Shown here: piece by piece, positions 35,767-43,477 of the stretch
Layout of the letters: the number at the start of each line of letters is the position of its first letter
Numbering within the stretch: position 1 is the stretch's first letter
Virus record (IMG/VR): IMGVR_UViG_3300025828_004167
Span: 1 to 64,000 of that record
Source of the DNA: a virus
DNA length: 64,000 nt
Strand: one strand, 5' to 3'
Position numbers and translations under genes: made by a program
Notes under the pieces: generated by a model
The model's database searches: none
What the model was told of the DNA's origin: nothing
What the model saw: the letters and a program-made list of their open reading frames with translations, nothing else

Positions 35767-36310
35767 GATGATCCTTGTGGTTCCCTTCAAATGGTGCAAC
35801 CAAATTGATGAGGAATCTGTTTGCAGGACCCTTGGCATCATGTCCGTAAAAATTCAGTATACCAAAACCTACATATGAAAGAATGTATAACATTAGGTTA
35901 ATTATAACTGCATTTACGCCAAAAAGCAATGTTGTTATTATCCAGTGTGCGGCGAAAATAAGTTTGCCGTACCTGTGGAAAAACATCACTCTTGGATTTT
36001 TTATTAGATCGTCAATATATTTTCTTGGTATTTGTTTTACCTTCCATAAACTGAAGAGAATCACATGCCAAGGATGATTCCTAGGACTGTGTGGGTCCTT
36101 GTCTGTGTCTGCATAAGCGTGGTGTATCCTATGAACACCTGCCCAGGTCAATGCACTCCTACCACCGCATAACAATCCAAGATATAGAAGTACGATTTCT
36201 GCCAATGGACTGGCTTTGTAATCACTGTGTGAGAAGTATCTGTGGTATCCGTAGGTTATTCCAACTGCGGCCACAAGCCAATAAATCATGTATCCATATA
36301 ATAATATCAT
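35747..36310 (-). CDS. membrane fatty acid desaturase (delta-9/OLE1-like), compact
   Basis: Three His boxes HRYFSH, HRIHH and HKDHH, plus DPHSP and hydrophobic segments. Confidence 0.85.
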   Translation of the reverse strand: MILLYGYMIYWLVAAVGITYGYHRYFSHSDYKASPLAEIVLLYLGLLCGGRSALTWAGVHRIHHAYADTDKDPHSPRNHPWHVILFSLWKVKQIPRKYIDDLIKNPRVMFFHRYGKLIFAAHWIITTLLFGVNAVIINLMLYILSYVGFGILNFYGHDAKGPANRFLINLVAPFEGNHKDHHEHSKI

Positions 36311-36315
36311 GCTAG

Positions 36316-36323
36316 ATATTTAA
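36316..36323 (-). promoter_or_regulatory. T4-late-like promoter TTAAATAT
   Basis: Minus strand TTAAATAT-ctagc-ATG(36310). Confidence 0.45.
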
Positions 36324-36343
36324 CCGTCATTTCCTTCATGCTT

Positions 36344-36754
36344 TTACGATCCTACAAATCCTTTATTATTATTTGTTGTAATCATAGGTTGACCTGGTAC
36401 ATCATAATGGTACTGTTCCATTTCAGACCAATTTCTTAAATCTTCACCTTCTTCAACACCACATTTTTCTCTACAAGGACGAGGTGCATTATTAGGATCA
36501 TCAAACATAATATCCCAAAATGCTTTCCATTCTTTAGAGTGAGTAATTTCTTTAATATCTTTTACCTTATCAAGATGTAAATGTTCACTATATAATGCTT
36601 CGTGTTCTTTTGTTAATGGTTTTTTAGATTGAAATGCTTTGCTATCGCACCAACAACAAGGTAACAAAAATCCTAAAGCACTATGACCCATAGTAACTCT
36701 ATCCCCCACAACACATTTAGGTACTATCTTATCTATTTTCTTTTGTTTGGACAT
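36344..36754 (-). CDS. stand-alone twitch/SPASM-like Fe-S protein
   Basis: VPKC...PCCWCD...PCREKC, homologous to the C-terminus of 18488..19495; AT-rich. Likely start is MSKQKK at 36754. Confidence 0.6.
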   Translation of the reverse strand: MSKQKKIDKIVPKCVVGDRVTMGHSALGFLLPCCWCDSKAFQSKKPLTKEHEALYSEHLHLDKVKDIKEITHSKEWKAFWDIMFDDPNNAPRPCREKCGVEEGEDLRNWSEMEQYHYDVPGQPMITTNNNKGFVGS

Positions 36755-37391
36755 AATTCTCTTTATTTTTAGGCACACCTGCTTCCATATAATGAAACCT
36801 AGATGACTTTTTAAGTAACAATTTAATTTTTTTATCTTTACAAAATTTTTTTGCGTCTTCTATTTGACGTTCATTAAAAGAAAATATTATAAATTGCCAC
36901 GCTACATTAAAACCTAATTCTTTTAATTTTATCATAGTATCAAATAAAAATTCTGAGTCTTGGTTATGACGGTATATATGACTAACATCTGGAAAACCAT
37001 CTAGTCCTATTTTCCAATATATTCTTTCAGGATATATTTCACTTATTTTTTTATACCAATCAAACTTTTTATTTTTAACGGTTGCGGCTGTGTGTATTGA
37101 TAGATAATTTATTTTATGTTCTTTGGCAATTTCTATAAATTTTGCTAGATTAGGATTAAAAATAGGATCAGATATTTGACCACATAAACATAAATGTTTA
37201 AAATGTTTACATAGTTTTGTCCATTGAGAGATTGAAGTATCGTAACCAGGTATAGGTTTACCTGCAAATCTATTCGTTTGCCTAGAACAAGCAATACATT
37301 CTAAAGTACACTTATTACTAATATCTAAATTTACGCTAGGTCTACTAATAAATCTATTATATAATTGTTTATAATTTTGTGAATGACTCAT
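36729..37391 (-). CDS. radical SAM protein (core only)
   Basis: LDISNKCTLECIAC, CGQISDP, GLDG, WQFIIFSFNE; AT-rich. Likely start is MSHSQN at 37391. Confidence 0.8.
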   Translation of the reverse strand: MSHSQNYKQLYNRFISRPSVNLDISNKCTLECIACSRQTNRFAGKPIPGYDTSISQWTKLCKHFKHLCLCGQISDPIFNPNLAKFIEIAKEHKINYLSIHTAATVKNKKFDWYKKISEIYPERIYWKIGLDGFPDVSHIYRHNQDSEFLFDTMIKLKELGFNVAWQFIIFSFNERQIEDAKKFCKDKKIKLLLKKSSRFHYMEAGVPKNKENYVQTKENR

Positions 37392-38085
37392 AATCTTCCC
37401 AGTCATGTGGTTTATTTGTGGCATGGGTAAAGTGCACCATTTTGATGTCTGGATGAAATTCACCACCCAAATAAACGTAGTCGTTGCCCGTGACCTTGTG
37501 GTACAACTGACTGGTCTTGACCTTCCATTTATTTAAATCAAAATTTTTCACACCAATATCCTCTTTGGCGCACCATCTAGCGACCCAACTGTCAGGCACC
37601 GTGATCAATTCCAGTTCCTCATTGACGTTGTCTTCAACGAAGTACTGCTCCCCATTCACCGGTCCCTTTGCTATGCCCCTCTTGATGTAGTAGCTCTGCC
37701 AGAAGTCTGGGTCTGACATGAACTTGTCATAGATATACCTGCAGTCCTTGGGATAGTACTTGAAGAACCCTCCATTTATCTTGTAGCGTTTCTTTTCTGT
37801 GTCTCTCCACCATCCCGGTATCGAAACAAACTGACCTTTCTTTATGGGATACTCAAAAAGTTCTTTATAGTTGTTGACCAAAAGCACGTCAATGTCCATT
37901 ACAACTATGGGTTCGTCAATGTCTAAAGACATACCATACATTTTATTCCATTGCAGTAATACACCTTCTTTTATTGGCTTTCGTATCCATATAAATTCAT
38001 ACTCCGGCAATTTTTCTTCCAAGTATTTCTCGTACTCTGGACCGTACCTGTCACCTATGCGCACTGCTACAATTTTCATCGCCAT
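37369..38085 (-). CDS. glycosyltransferase-like protein (GT-A)
   Basis: GDRYGPEY, WNKM, VMDIDV (DxD), INGGF, GEQYF, VHFT. Confidence 0.65.
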   Translation of the reverse strand: MAMKIVAVRIGDRYGPEYEKYLEEKLPEYEFIWIRKPIKEGVLLQWNKMYGMSLDIDEPIVVMDIDVLLVNNYKELFEYPIKKGQFVSIPGWWRDTEKKRYKINGGFFKYYPKDCRYIYDKFMSDPDFWQSYYIKRGIAKGPVNGEQYFVEDNVNEELELITVPDSWVARWCAKEDIGVKNFDLNKWKVKTSQLYHKVTGNDYVYLGGEFHPDIKMVHFTHATNKPHDWEDYESFTKL

Positions 38086-38801
38086 TTTATGACCTCATCT
38101 AATGTTGGCTTCGCCACCCAGCTCTTGTGATTGAATCTGTCATAGTCTCCATAGCCTATGCCCATGACGAACGCCAAACCAGATCTCAGTGTGATGTCAT
38201 TGTGTATCGCAGGCTCATAGAAATAACATTTACAGAAAGAAACATCTAATCCCTGTTCCACAGCCAACATCGTTGTGACCATCGCGTTCATGCCCGCCTG
38301 CTGATTGAATTGATCCTTATGGATTTTTTCAACCTTGTCAAAAATTTGTTGTAGTTTTCCGCTTTCCCAGTACTTGCCCTGTTTCTGAGATTTCCTCATT
38401 TTCTGTGTGGCCGGATAGTACGCCAGGAGATATGGAGCCGTGACCTGGTTGTTGAAGTGCCAACTGTCGTCCTTGATGTACTGCTTGGTCTTGTCTCCGT
38501 AATGATAGGCCAACCAGTCATCATATCTCGTTTCCAACTCCTTGGCCATCTCCAGTGTCATGTTGCTCCATCTATTGTGATCATTCTTGTGTTTTCCACA
38601 CACTGTGCTCATGGCCAATTTCTTCTTCTGCGCAGAATGTTCAGGACCATACACATCTATCTCGTAGTGCCAAAAATTGTTCTTGTGTGGTGTCAGCTCT
38701 TTTGCTTTTTCCAGTATTTGCTGTATCAAGGCAACATCGGGTATCCTGTCCTGTTTGAAGAAAGAAATGTTCCTCCTCTTTTTCAGCAGATCTTCTATCA
38801 T
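38076..38801 (-). CDS. nitroreductase-like (FMN-binding) protein
   Basis: LLKKRRNISFF, TPHKNN, TAPYLL, LAVEQGLDVSF, MGIGY. Confidence 0.65.
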   Translation of the reverse strand: MIEDLLKKRRNISFFKQDRIPDVALIQQILEKAKELTPHKNNFWHYEIDVYGPEHSAQKKKLAMSTVCGKHKNDHNRWSNMTLEMAKELETRYDDWLAYHYGDKTKQYIKDDSWHFNNQVTAPYLLAYYPATQKMRKSQKQGKYWESGKLQQIFDKVEKIHKDQFNQQAGMNAMVTTMLAVEQGLDVSFCKCYFYEPAIHNDITLRSGLAFVMGIGYGDYDRFNHKSWVAKPTLDEVIKWR

Positions 38802-39454
38802 ATCTTCGTTCCTATTATCATGAATCTTTTGTATTTGCCGAAATCTTTCTCATAGAACTTGATGTTCCTCAATTTCGACACGTACTGATTCGCGAAATCC
38901 TCCACCGTGTCCACACAATTGATGTGTTGTGTTATTTCCCTGTAGTTGTTGCTCTGCAACACGACCAATGTGTGTTCCTCTAATTTACTTATAGTGTCGT
39001 AGATCATGGATTGATCAAGATGTTCACAGGATGTACATATAACAATGGAATTTTCAAACTTATCTATTTCTTTGATATCCTTTTCAACAAATTTAATGTA
39101 TGTTAGGTAACCATTTTTCAAATTATCAGCATCAACTTTCTGCCATAGTTTTTTAGCCACAGTTTTGGCTTGTGGATCAAAATCTACACAATCTATGTGA
39201 CCTATCTTTTTCAGTGTCAATTTTTTTACCAACATGTGTGCCAACAGTCCATACCAACTGCCTAAAATAGAAACACTGATATTTTTATCCAACGTCTTGC
39301 ATTTGAAATGGTGAGGATATTCATTTAATTTTTCAATCAGCCAGTCTTTACTAGCATACTGATTTGTGCTGAGACTATCAATGACGTCAATTATTCTGTC
39401 TGGACATTTCTCTAACAGTCTCTTTACCGTGTCTAGTGTGTCCCTATCAAACAT
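38798..39454 (-). CDS. class I SAM-dependent methyltransferase-like protein
   Basis: SKDWL, ILGSWYG, VDFD, CTSCEH, LQSNN, RFMIIG. Confidence 0.6.
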   Translation of the reverse strand: MFDRDTLDTVKRLLEKCPDRIIDVIDSLSTNQYASKDWLIEKLNEYPHHFKCKTLDKNISVSILGSWYGLLAHMLVKKLTLKKIGHIDCVDFDPQAKTVAKKLWQKVDADNLKNGYLTYIKFVEKDIKEIDKFENSIVICTSCEHLDQSMIYDTISKLEEHTLVVLQSNNYREITQHINCVDTVEDFANQYVSKLRNIKFYEKDFGKYKRFMIIGTKI

Positions 39455-40025
39455 ATTTTTGATTGTGCAACAGTATTGTGTTGTGTTCCACTCCCTCCTG
39501 CCAGCTGGATATCTGATCTCCTATGAAATAGTTGTATTTGACGTCTTCGTTGTAGATGTATCTGTCTATACCAGAGTACAATCTCACATATAGATCTCTG
39601 TGTTTCATGAACTTTTCAAACACGTGCCGTTGATCGCTCCAACGCATTATCGAAGAGTTCACCAGCGTGTTCTGTGTCACACGGAATTTCAAGGGCGTCT
39701 TCAAAGATTCCTGTTTCCATGCACTGCTGTTGACCAAGGTCAACCCTTCGAAATCACTCGCTAAGAAATCAATGTTATCATTTATGGCTATGTCTAAATC
39801 AAAGAACAAGCACTGTCCCGTGAACTGTAGTAGGGATAACTTATGGAACACACCACGCAGTTCGGGGTGCGTGACTGGAATATCATACTCCTTCTCTGGT
39901 CTATCTGTGAGACATCTAAATGTGTGATCTAATGTGAGATGTTCTGCGACAGAGTTTTTTAACTTTTTATCAAAGTCTCTGGTGTATTTCGTTCCGACGT
40001 TAACACAGTATACATCAATCATCAA
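39447..40025 (-). CDS. glycosyltransferase-like protein (GT-A)
   Basis: CVNVGTKY, CLTD, LFFDLDI (DxD), NSSIMRW, GIDRY; paralog of 37369..38085. Confidence 0.65.
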   Translation of the reverse strand: MMIDVYCVNVGTKYTRDFDKKLKNSVAEHLTLDHTFRCLTDRPEKEYDIPVTHPELRGVFHKLSLLQFTGQCLFFDLDIAINDNIDFLASDFEGLTLVNSSAWKQESLKTPLKFRVTQNTLVNSSIMRWSDQRHVFEKFMKHRDLYVRLYSGIDRYIYNEDVKYNYFIGDQISSWQEGVEHNTILLHNQKYV

Positions 40026-40485
40026 AGTTATTGTAGGCCACCAACAGCTCGAGCGGTGTCTTTGCTGATCTTAGTTGAGATTTCTTTTCCTTGTCGGTAG
40101 ACCCCTTCACTTTTTCTGTTTCAAATATTTCCACCTTGGTGGTGAACAACATTTCCTTACACTGTGCGTCGTTTGGATCAAAGTTCAGTATGCACTTGAC
40201 GAAGTCCTCCACAGATACACGTTGTTTGATATCTGTTTTTGACTTTATGCCAGCGTCCACTATGTCGCTCAGTTGCTGTGCGTATCTCCTGTTCCGGGCG
40301 ATCGTGGCCTCCGCTATCTTGTCCGTGCTGTATTCCGACACGAGGTCCTTGAAGTCTTGGTTGTTGTAATCAACCGGGAGATAATGATTTATCGCCCGCT
40401 TGCCGTCCTCATAGATCACCTCGACTGTGTTGTTTTCTGAATTTGCGAAATACGCCTCTATTATTTTTCCACTGAATATTGCCAT
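40015..40485 (-). CDS. hypothetical protein, 156 aa
   Basis: AAGGA SD and its own promoter; first gene of the enzyme run. Confidence 0.7.
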   Translation of the reverse strand: MAIFSGKIIEAYFANSENNTVEVIYEDGKRAINHYLPVDYNNQDFKDLVSEYSTDKIAEATIARNRRYAQQLSDIVDAGIKSKTDIKQRVSVEDFVKCILNFDPNDAQCKEMLFTTKVEIFETEKVKGSTDKEKKSQLRSAKTPLELLVAYNNFDD

Positions 40486-40508
40486 TTTTAATCCTTTGTT
40501 GCTGTGTT

Positions 40509-40537
40509 ATTGTAGCAGAACAACATCAAAAAGTCAA
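40509..40537 (-). promoter_or_regulatory. sigma70-type promoter
   Basis: Minus strand TTGACT(40537-40532)-N17-TACAAT(40514-40509). Confidence 0.7.
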
Positions 40538-41470
40538 TTATGATTTCAGTATCTTGAATGTGTAGGTGTTTACAGTTGTGGGTGTTCCGTCTGGGAATTC
40601 CTGTGCCCGGTAGTCGTTGGAATTGACGAATCTGGTCTGGTAATTTCCACTTCCGCCAGTGAGCTGTGTGTTCACTATGGCTGTGCCCCTGGCCGTACCA
40701 CTTCCGTCTATGTTGTATGAGATCTGGTATCCTGTCGAGGAGTTAACCACTTGATCTTTGATGTATTCCTGTAGCAGTACACCGATCTCCGCGCCCGAAT
40801 ACTGTTTGAGATTGTTAGACGCATCTATGTACACGGGAGGATTGTAGGTGGGTAACACCCCATCGATGACATGTAGGTAATAGTTGGTTATGGTCTGTGG
40901 CTGGTCCTGTGGCTCGCTTATATCAGCGGCCGAATACGCCGAGGTGTCTGCCCTGGTGTCAGTGAATATCGGTGTCGATGATACCAGTGTCGCTCCTGTA
41001 ACAGAAGTAGATGTCGAAACGAAATATGTTCCTGCCTGGGCACTCGTTGTATCGCCCAATGACATTTGATTTATGGTTGGATACACGAATGTATCTATGA
41101 AATCCTGTTCGGTCATGGCCTGTACCTGTGTGCCATTCCAGTAGATTGGGAAGGTCTTGCCCGTATCTGTGGTGGTTATAGATGCTGATCCTGTGACCTG
41201 TGTGATACGTTGGAACGAAGTCGTGACCACGCTGGGTTCATCTGTTGTTGCTTCAGACGGATAACCTCCACTTGCCGACAATCCCGCGCCTGCCTGTAGC
41301 CTAGTGTCGTCGATTGATGTTAGATTTCCCCCCGAACCAGACACTGTCAGTGTCCTTGAAGGTGATAATGAATAGTAATATGCGCCGAGGGTGTATATGT
41401 TGGTCAGATCACTGCTCTTCATCTGCTGAAGTTGTGCGCCGTTGTATATTAAAGGTGTTCTAACAGTCAT
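40538..41470 (-). CDS. S/T-rich virion structural protein
   Basis: Three internal P(L/I/V)Y.....(L/V)Q.M-like repeats, FTDTRAD, YRAQEFP; very T/S-rich. Confidence 0.6.
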   Translation of the reverse strand: MTVRTPLIYNGAQLQQMKSSDLTNIYTLGAYYYSLSPSRTLTVSGSGGNLTSIDDTRLQAGAGLSASGGYPSEATTDEPSVVTTSFQRITQVTGSASITTTDTGKTFPIYWNGTQVQAMTEQDFIDTFVYPTINQMSLGDTTSAQAGTYFVSTSTSVTGATLVSSTPIFTDTRADTSAYSAADISEPQDQPQTITNYYLHVIDGVLPTYNPPVYIDASNNLKQYSGAEIGVLLQEYIKDQVVNSSTGYQISYNIDGSGTARGTAIVNTQLTGGSGNYQTRFVNSNDYRAQEFPDGTPTTVNTYTFKILKS

Positions 41471-41480
41471 ATGATTAGTT

Positions 41481-41509
41481 ATTATAAAACATTCCTAGGA
41501 ACATTTCAA
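41481..41509 (-). promoter_or_regulatory. sigma70-type promoter with a palindromic spacer
   Basis: Minus strand TTGAAA(41509-41504)-N17-TATAAT(41486-41481); the spacer contains TTCCTAGGAA (41492-41501). Confidence 0.65.
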
Positions 41510-41517
41510 CCATAAAA

Positions 41518-42735
41518 TTACGCTCCTGCGCCGTATATGGTCTTTAGTACCGTTCCCGTACTGCTCAGGATTTGTAATGATGTGCTTGATGCGAACATGG
41601 TCGATGTCACTGTGCCAGTGTCTCCAGTCGTTACCACTGTACCTGTGACGTTTGGTATGGTAATGGTCCTGTCCGCAGTTGGGTTGGCCACTGTGATCGT
41701 GGTTTCGAAAGCGTCATCTGATGATCCTTCGAAGATGATTGTACCACTGGTTGTGAGTTGTATGCCCGACGTTGTTACAGCACCTGTTAATGGTCCTGTG
41801 AAAGCGGTCGCGTTCACAGTGCCCGCCACATCCAGTTTGGTACTAGGAGTTACTGTGCCTATACCTACCCTAGACTCGGCTCCATCGATGGTCATCACCG
41901 TAGTGCTGGTTCCACCATCATTGACCTTGAACGTGATGTCTGTGTTCTGTGCCGTGTTTGACAATATCACACCGTTGCTGTCAACTGTGATAGAAAGGTC
42001 ATTGTCAGCACCCACGGTAATACCTGAGTCATTGACAATACCCAGTGTGCCTGTTGTGGTGTCGTTGGCGTCTGATCTGAGGAACGATGCCGCCGCTATG
42101 CCGCCAAGTTTATCTGCGTCTGTGGCAGTACCGTTTAATTTGATTCCTGAAGGTGAAGTTGTGAATGTTATTCCCTTGTACACAGTTGGGAAACCTGTTA
42201 TCGCTGTCTGTGGCGTAAACTCCGTGTCCGAAACTATGGCTATCAGCGTGCCATCACTGTACCATTTGGTTATGGGTTGACTAGCTGTGGTGGAATCTGT
42301 GACTGCTTCATACACGAAACCATTTAACGAACCTGTTGAAGTTGGTGGACCGACCAGCACACTCTGAGATCCGTCATAGTAGAACAGTTGTCCTACATCT
42401 GAATCTATCCAGAGGTCTCCCTGTTGTATACCACTTGGTTGTGTGGATTGGTAGGGAATGTTACCCCCGGCAGGAACGAAAAGGTTCCCTGTGTAGACTT
42501 TCAATCTGTCAACGTCACTGTCATACCAGAGTTGCCCTTGTACTGGTTTGGTCGGTGCCGAATCGTTGGCAAAATTTTCCAGTAGATGGAGGAAATTCTC
42601 CGCTATCAGCTCTCCATAACCCGCATAACCCTTACCAATGAAACTGAGATCCGTCTGTGTGTTGACCACACCGTCCTGTACTATGTACTGGTTAGGTGAA
42701 GCGGCGCTGTTTGTCTTGTTTACTGTGTAAGCCAT
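41518..42735 (-). CDS. tail fibre/baseplate protein
   Basis: GKGYAGYGE..ENF, QGQLWYD/QGDLWID, RVGIGT..P..KLDV, PTADRTITIP; paralog of 26110..27750. Confidence 0.75.
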   Translation of the reverse strand: MAYTVNKTNSAASPNQYIVQDGVVNTQTDLSFIGKGYAGYGELIAENFLHLLENFANDSAPTKPVQGQLWYDSDVDRLKVYTGNLFVPAGGNIPYQSTQPSGIQQGDLWIDSDVGQLFYYDGSQSVLVGPPTSTGSLNGFVYEAVTDSTTASQPITKWYSDGTLIAIVSDTEFTPQTAITGFPTVYKGITFTTSPSGIKLNGTATDADKLGGIAAASFLRSDANDTTTGTLGIVNDSGITVGADNDLSITVDSNGVILSNTAQNTDITFKVNDGGTSTTVMTIDGAESRVGIGTVTPSTKLDVAGTVNATAFTGPLTGAVTTSGIQLTTSGTIIFEGSSDDAFETTITVANPTADRTITIPNVTGTVVTTGDTGTVTSTMFASSTSLQILSSTGTVLKTIYGAGA

Positions 42736-42738
42736 CCG

Positions 42739-43464
42739 TTAGTATCCTGTGTTACCACCTGCTGTAGTTCCACTCACTGTATTCGAAGTTGACAGTGCTG
42801 TCGAGCTCGTCTCAGTGAACGTTGTTAAACTTTGAATTCTCAGTGTGTAGTCGATCTGTATCAACCGGTTAAGTGATTTCTGTACTGGGTGGAAGATCAC
42901 GTGTGTCAGTAACTTGTTGGTCGCTCCGTTCTCAGATCCTTCCCATGACTTGAGACCCAGTTCATCAAACACATAGTCACCGTTGAAGTTGGTCGTGTTG
43001 TCGAATGACGCCTGTCCTGTGGGTTCACCGTAGTCCAGTGTACATGTACACACGATGTCAGTGAATTTATTTCCTGTGATATGTCTCACTTCCATCTTGT
43101 TCCTTGTAGTATCTTTGTTTGTTGCGGAGTTGTTGTCGATGACTTTGTAATAGGTCTGGTTATATAGAGTGGCGTTTGTTCCAGTAGAGTTGGGTGTGAG
43201 GTAAGTTATGATACCTGTTGGGTCGACTGAAGTACCACCATTTCCAAAGGCCATCTCATGTATGAATCCCGTGCTCTTGTTGGCCAGCGAGTTGGCCATG
43301 GCCTGACTCATGTTCTCATAGTGTATGGCGTTGCGCTTGTCCACTATGACCTCACCCGTCTCTGGATCGAAAATCTTGATGTGCCCAGTCATCATCACTC
43401 CGGTGTGATCCTGTGGCTTCTTGTTCTCTTCTTTTGATTCTTGTGATTTGTTTTCCTGTGTCAT
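42739..43464 (-). CDS. virion structural protein (baseplate/tail-associated)
   Basis: NAIHYENM, FGNGG, LDYGEP, FDELGL, HVIFHPVQKSLNR; sits in the baseplate module behind a late promoter. Confidence 0.65.
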   Translation of the reverse strand: MTQENKSQESKEENKKPQDHTGVMMTGHIKIFDPETGEVIVDKRNAIHYENMSQAMANSLANKSTGFIHEMAFGNGGTSVDPTGIITYLTPNSTGTNATLYNQTYYKVIDNNSATNKDTTRNKMEVRHITGNKFTDIVCTCTLDYGEPTGQASFDNTTNFNGDYVFDELGLKSWEGSENGATNKLLTHVIFHPVQKSLNRLIQIDYTLRIQSLTTFTETSSTALSTSNTVSGTTAGGNTGY

Positions 43465-43469
43465 CTAGT

Positions 43470-43477
43470 GTATTTAT
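43470..43477 (-). promoter_or_regulatory. T4-late-like promoter ATAAATAC
   Basis: Minus strand ATAAATAC-actag-ATG(43464); contains the TAA stop of the giant gene. Confidence 0.55.

Noticed and set aside
36729-37466. Longest-ORF starts given in the track (37466, 36778, 35841, 35276, 34720, 25115, 19519, 9844)
   Set aside because: They extend well into upstream genes or promoters; downstream ATGs with typical short overlaps are more plausible.
3556-40485. DNA hypermodification as the main role of the enzyme cluster
   Set aside because: Not excluded, but no nucleotide-pathway genes are in the window and the context is tail genes, so it is kept only as an alternative.
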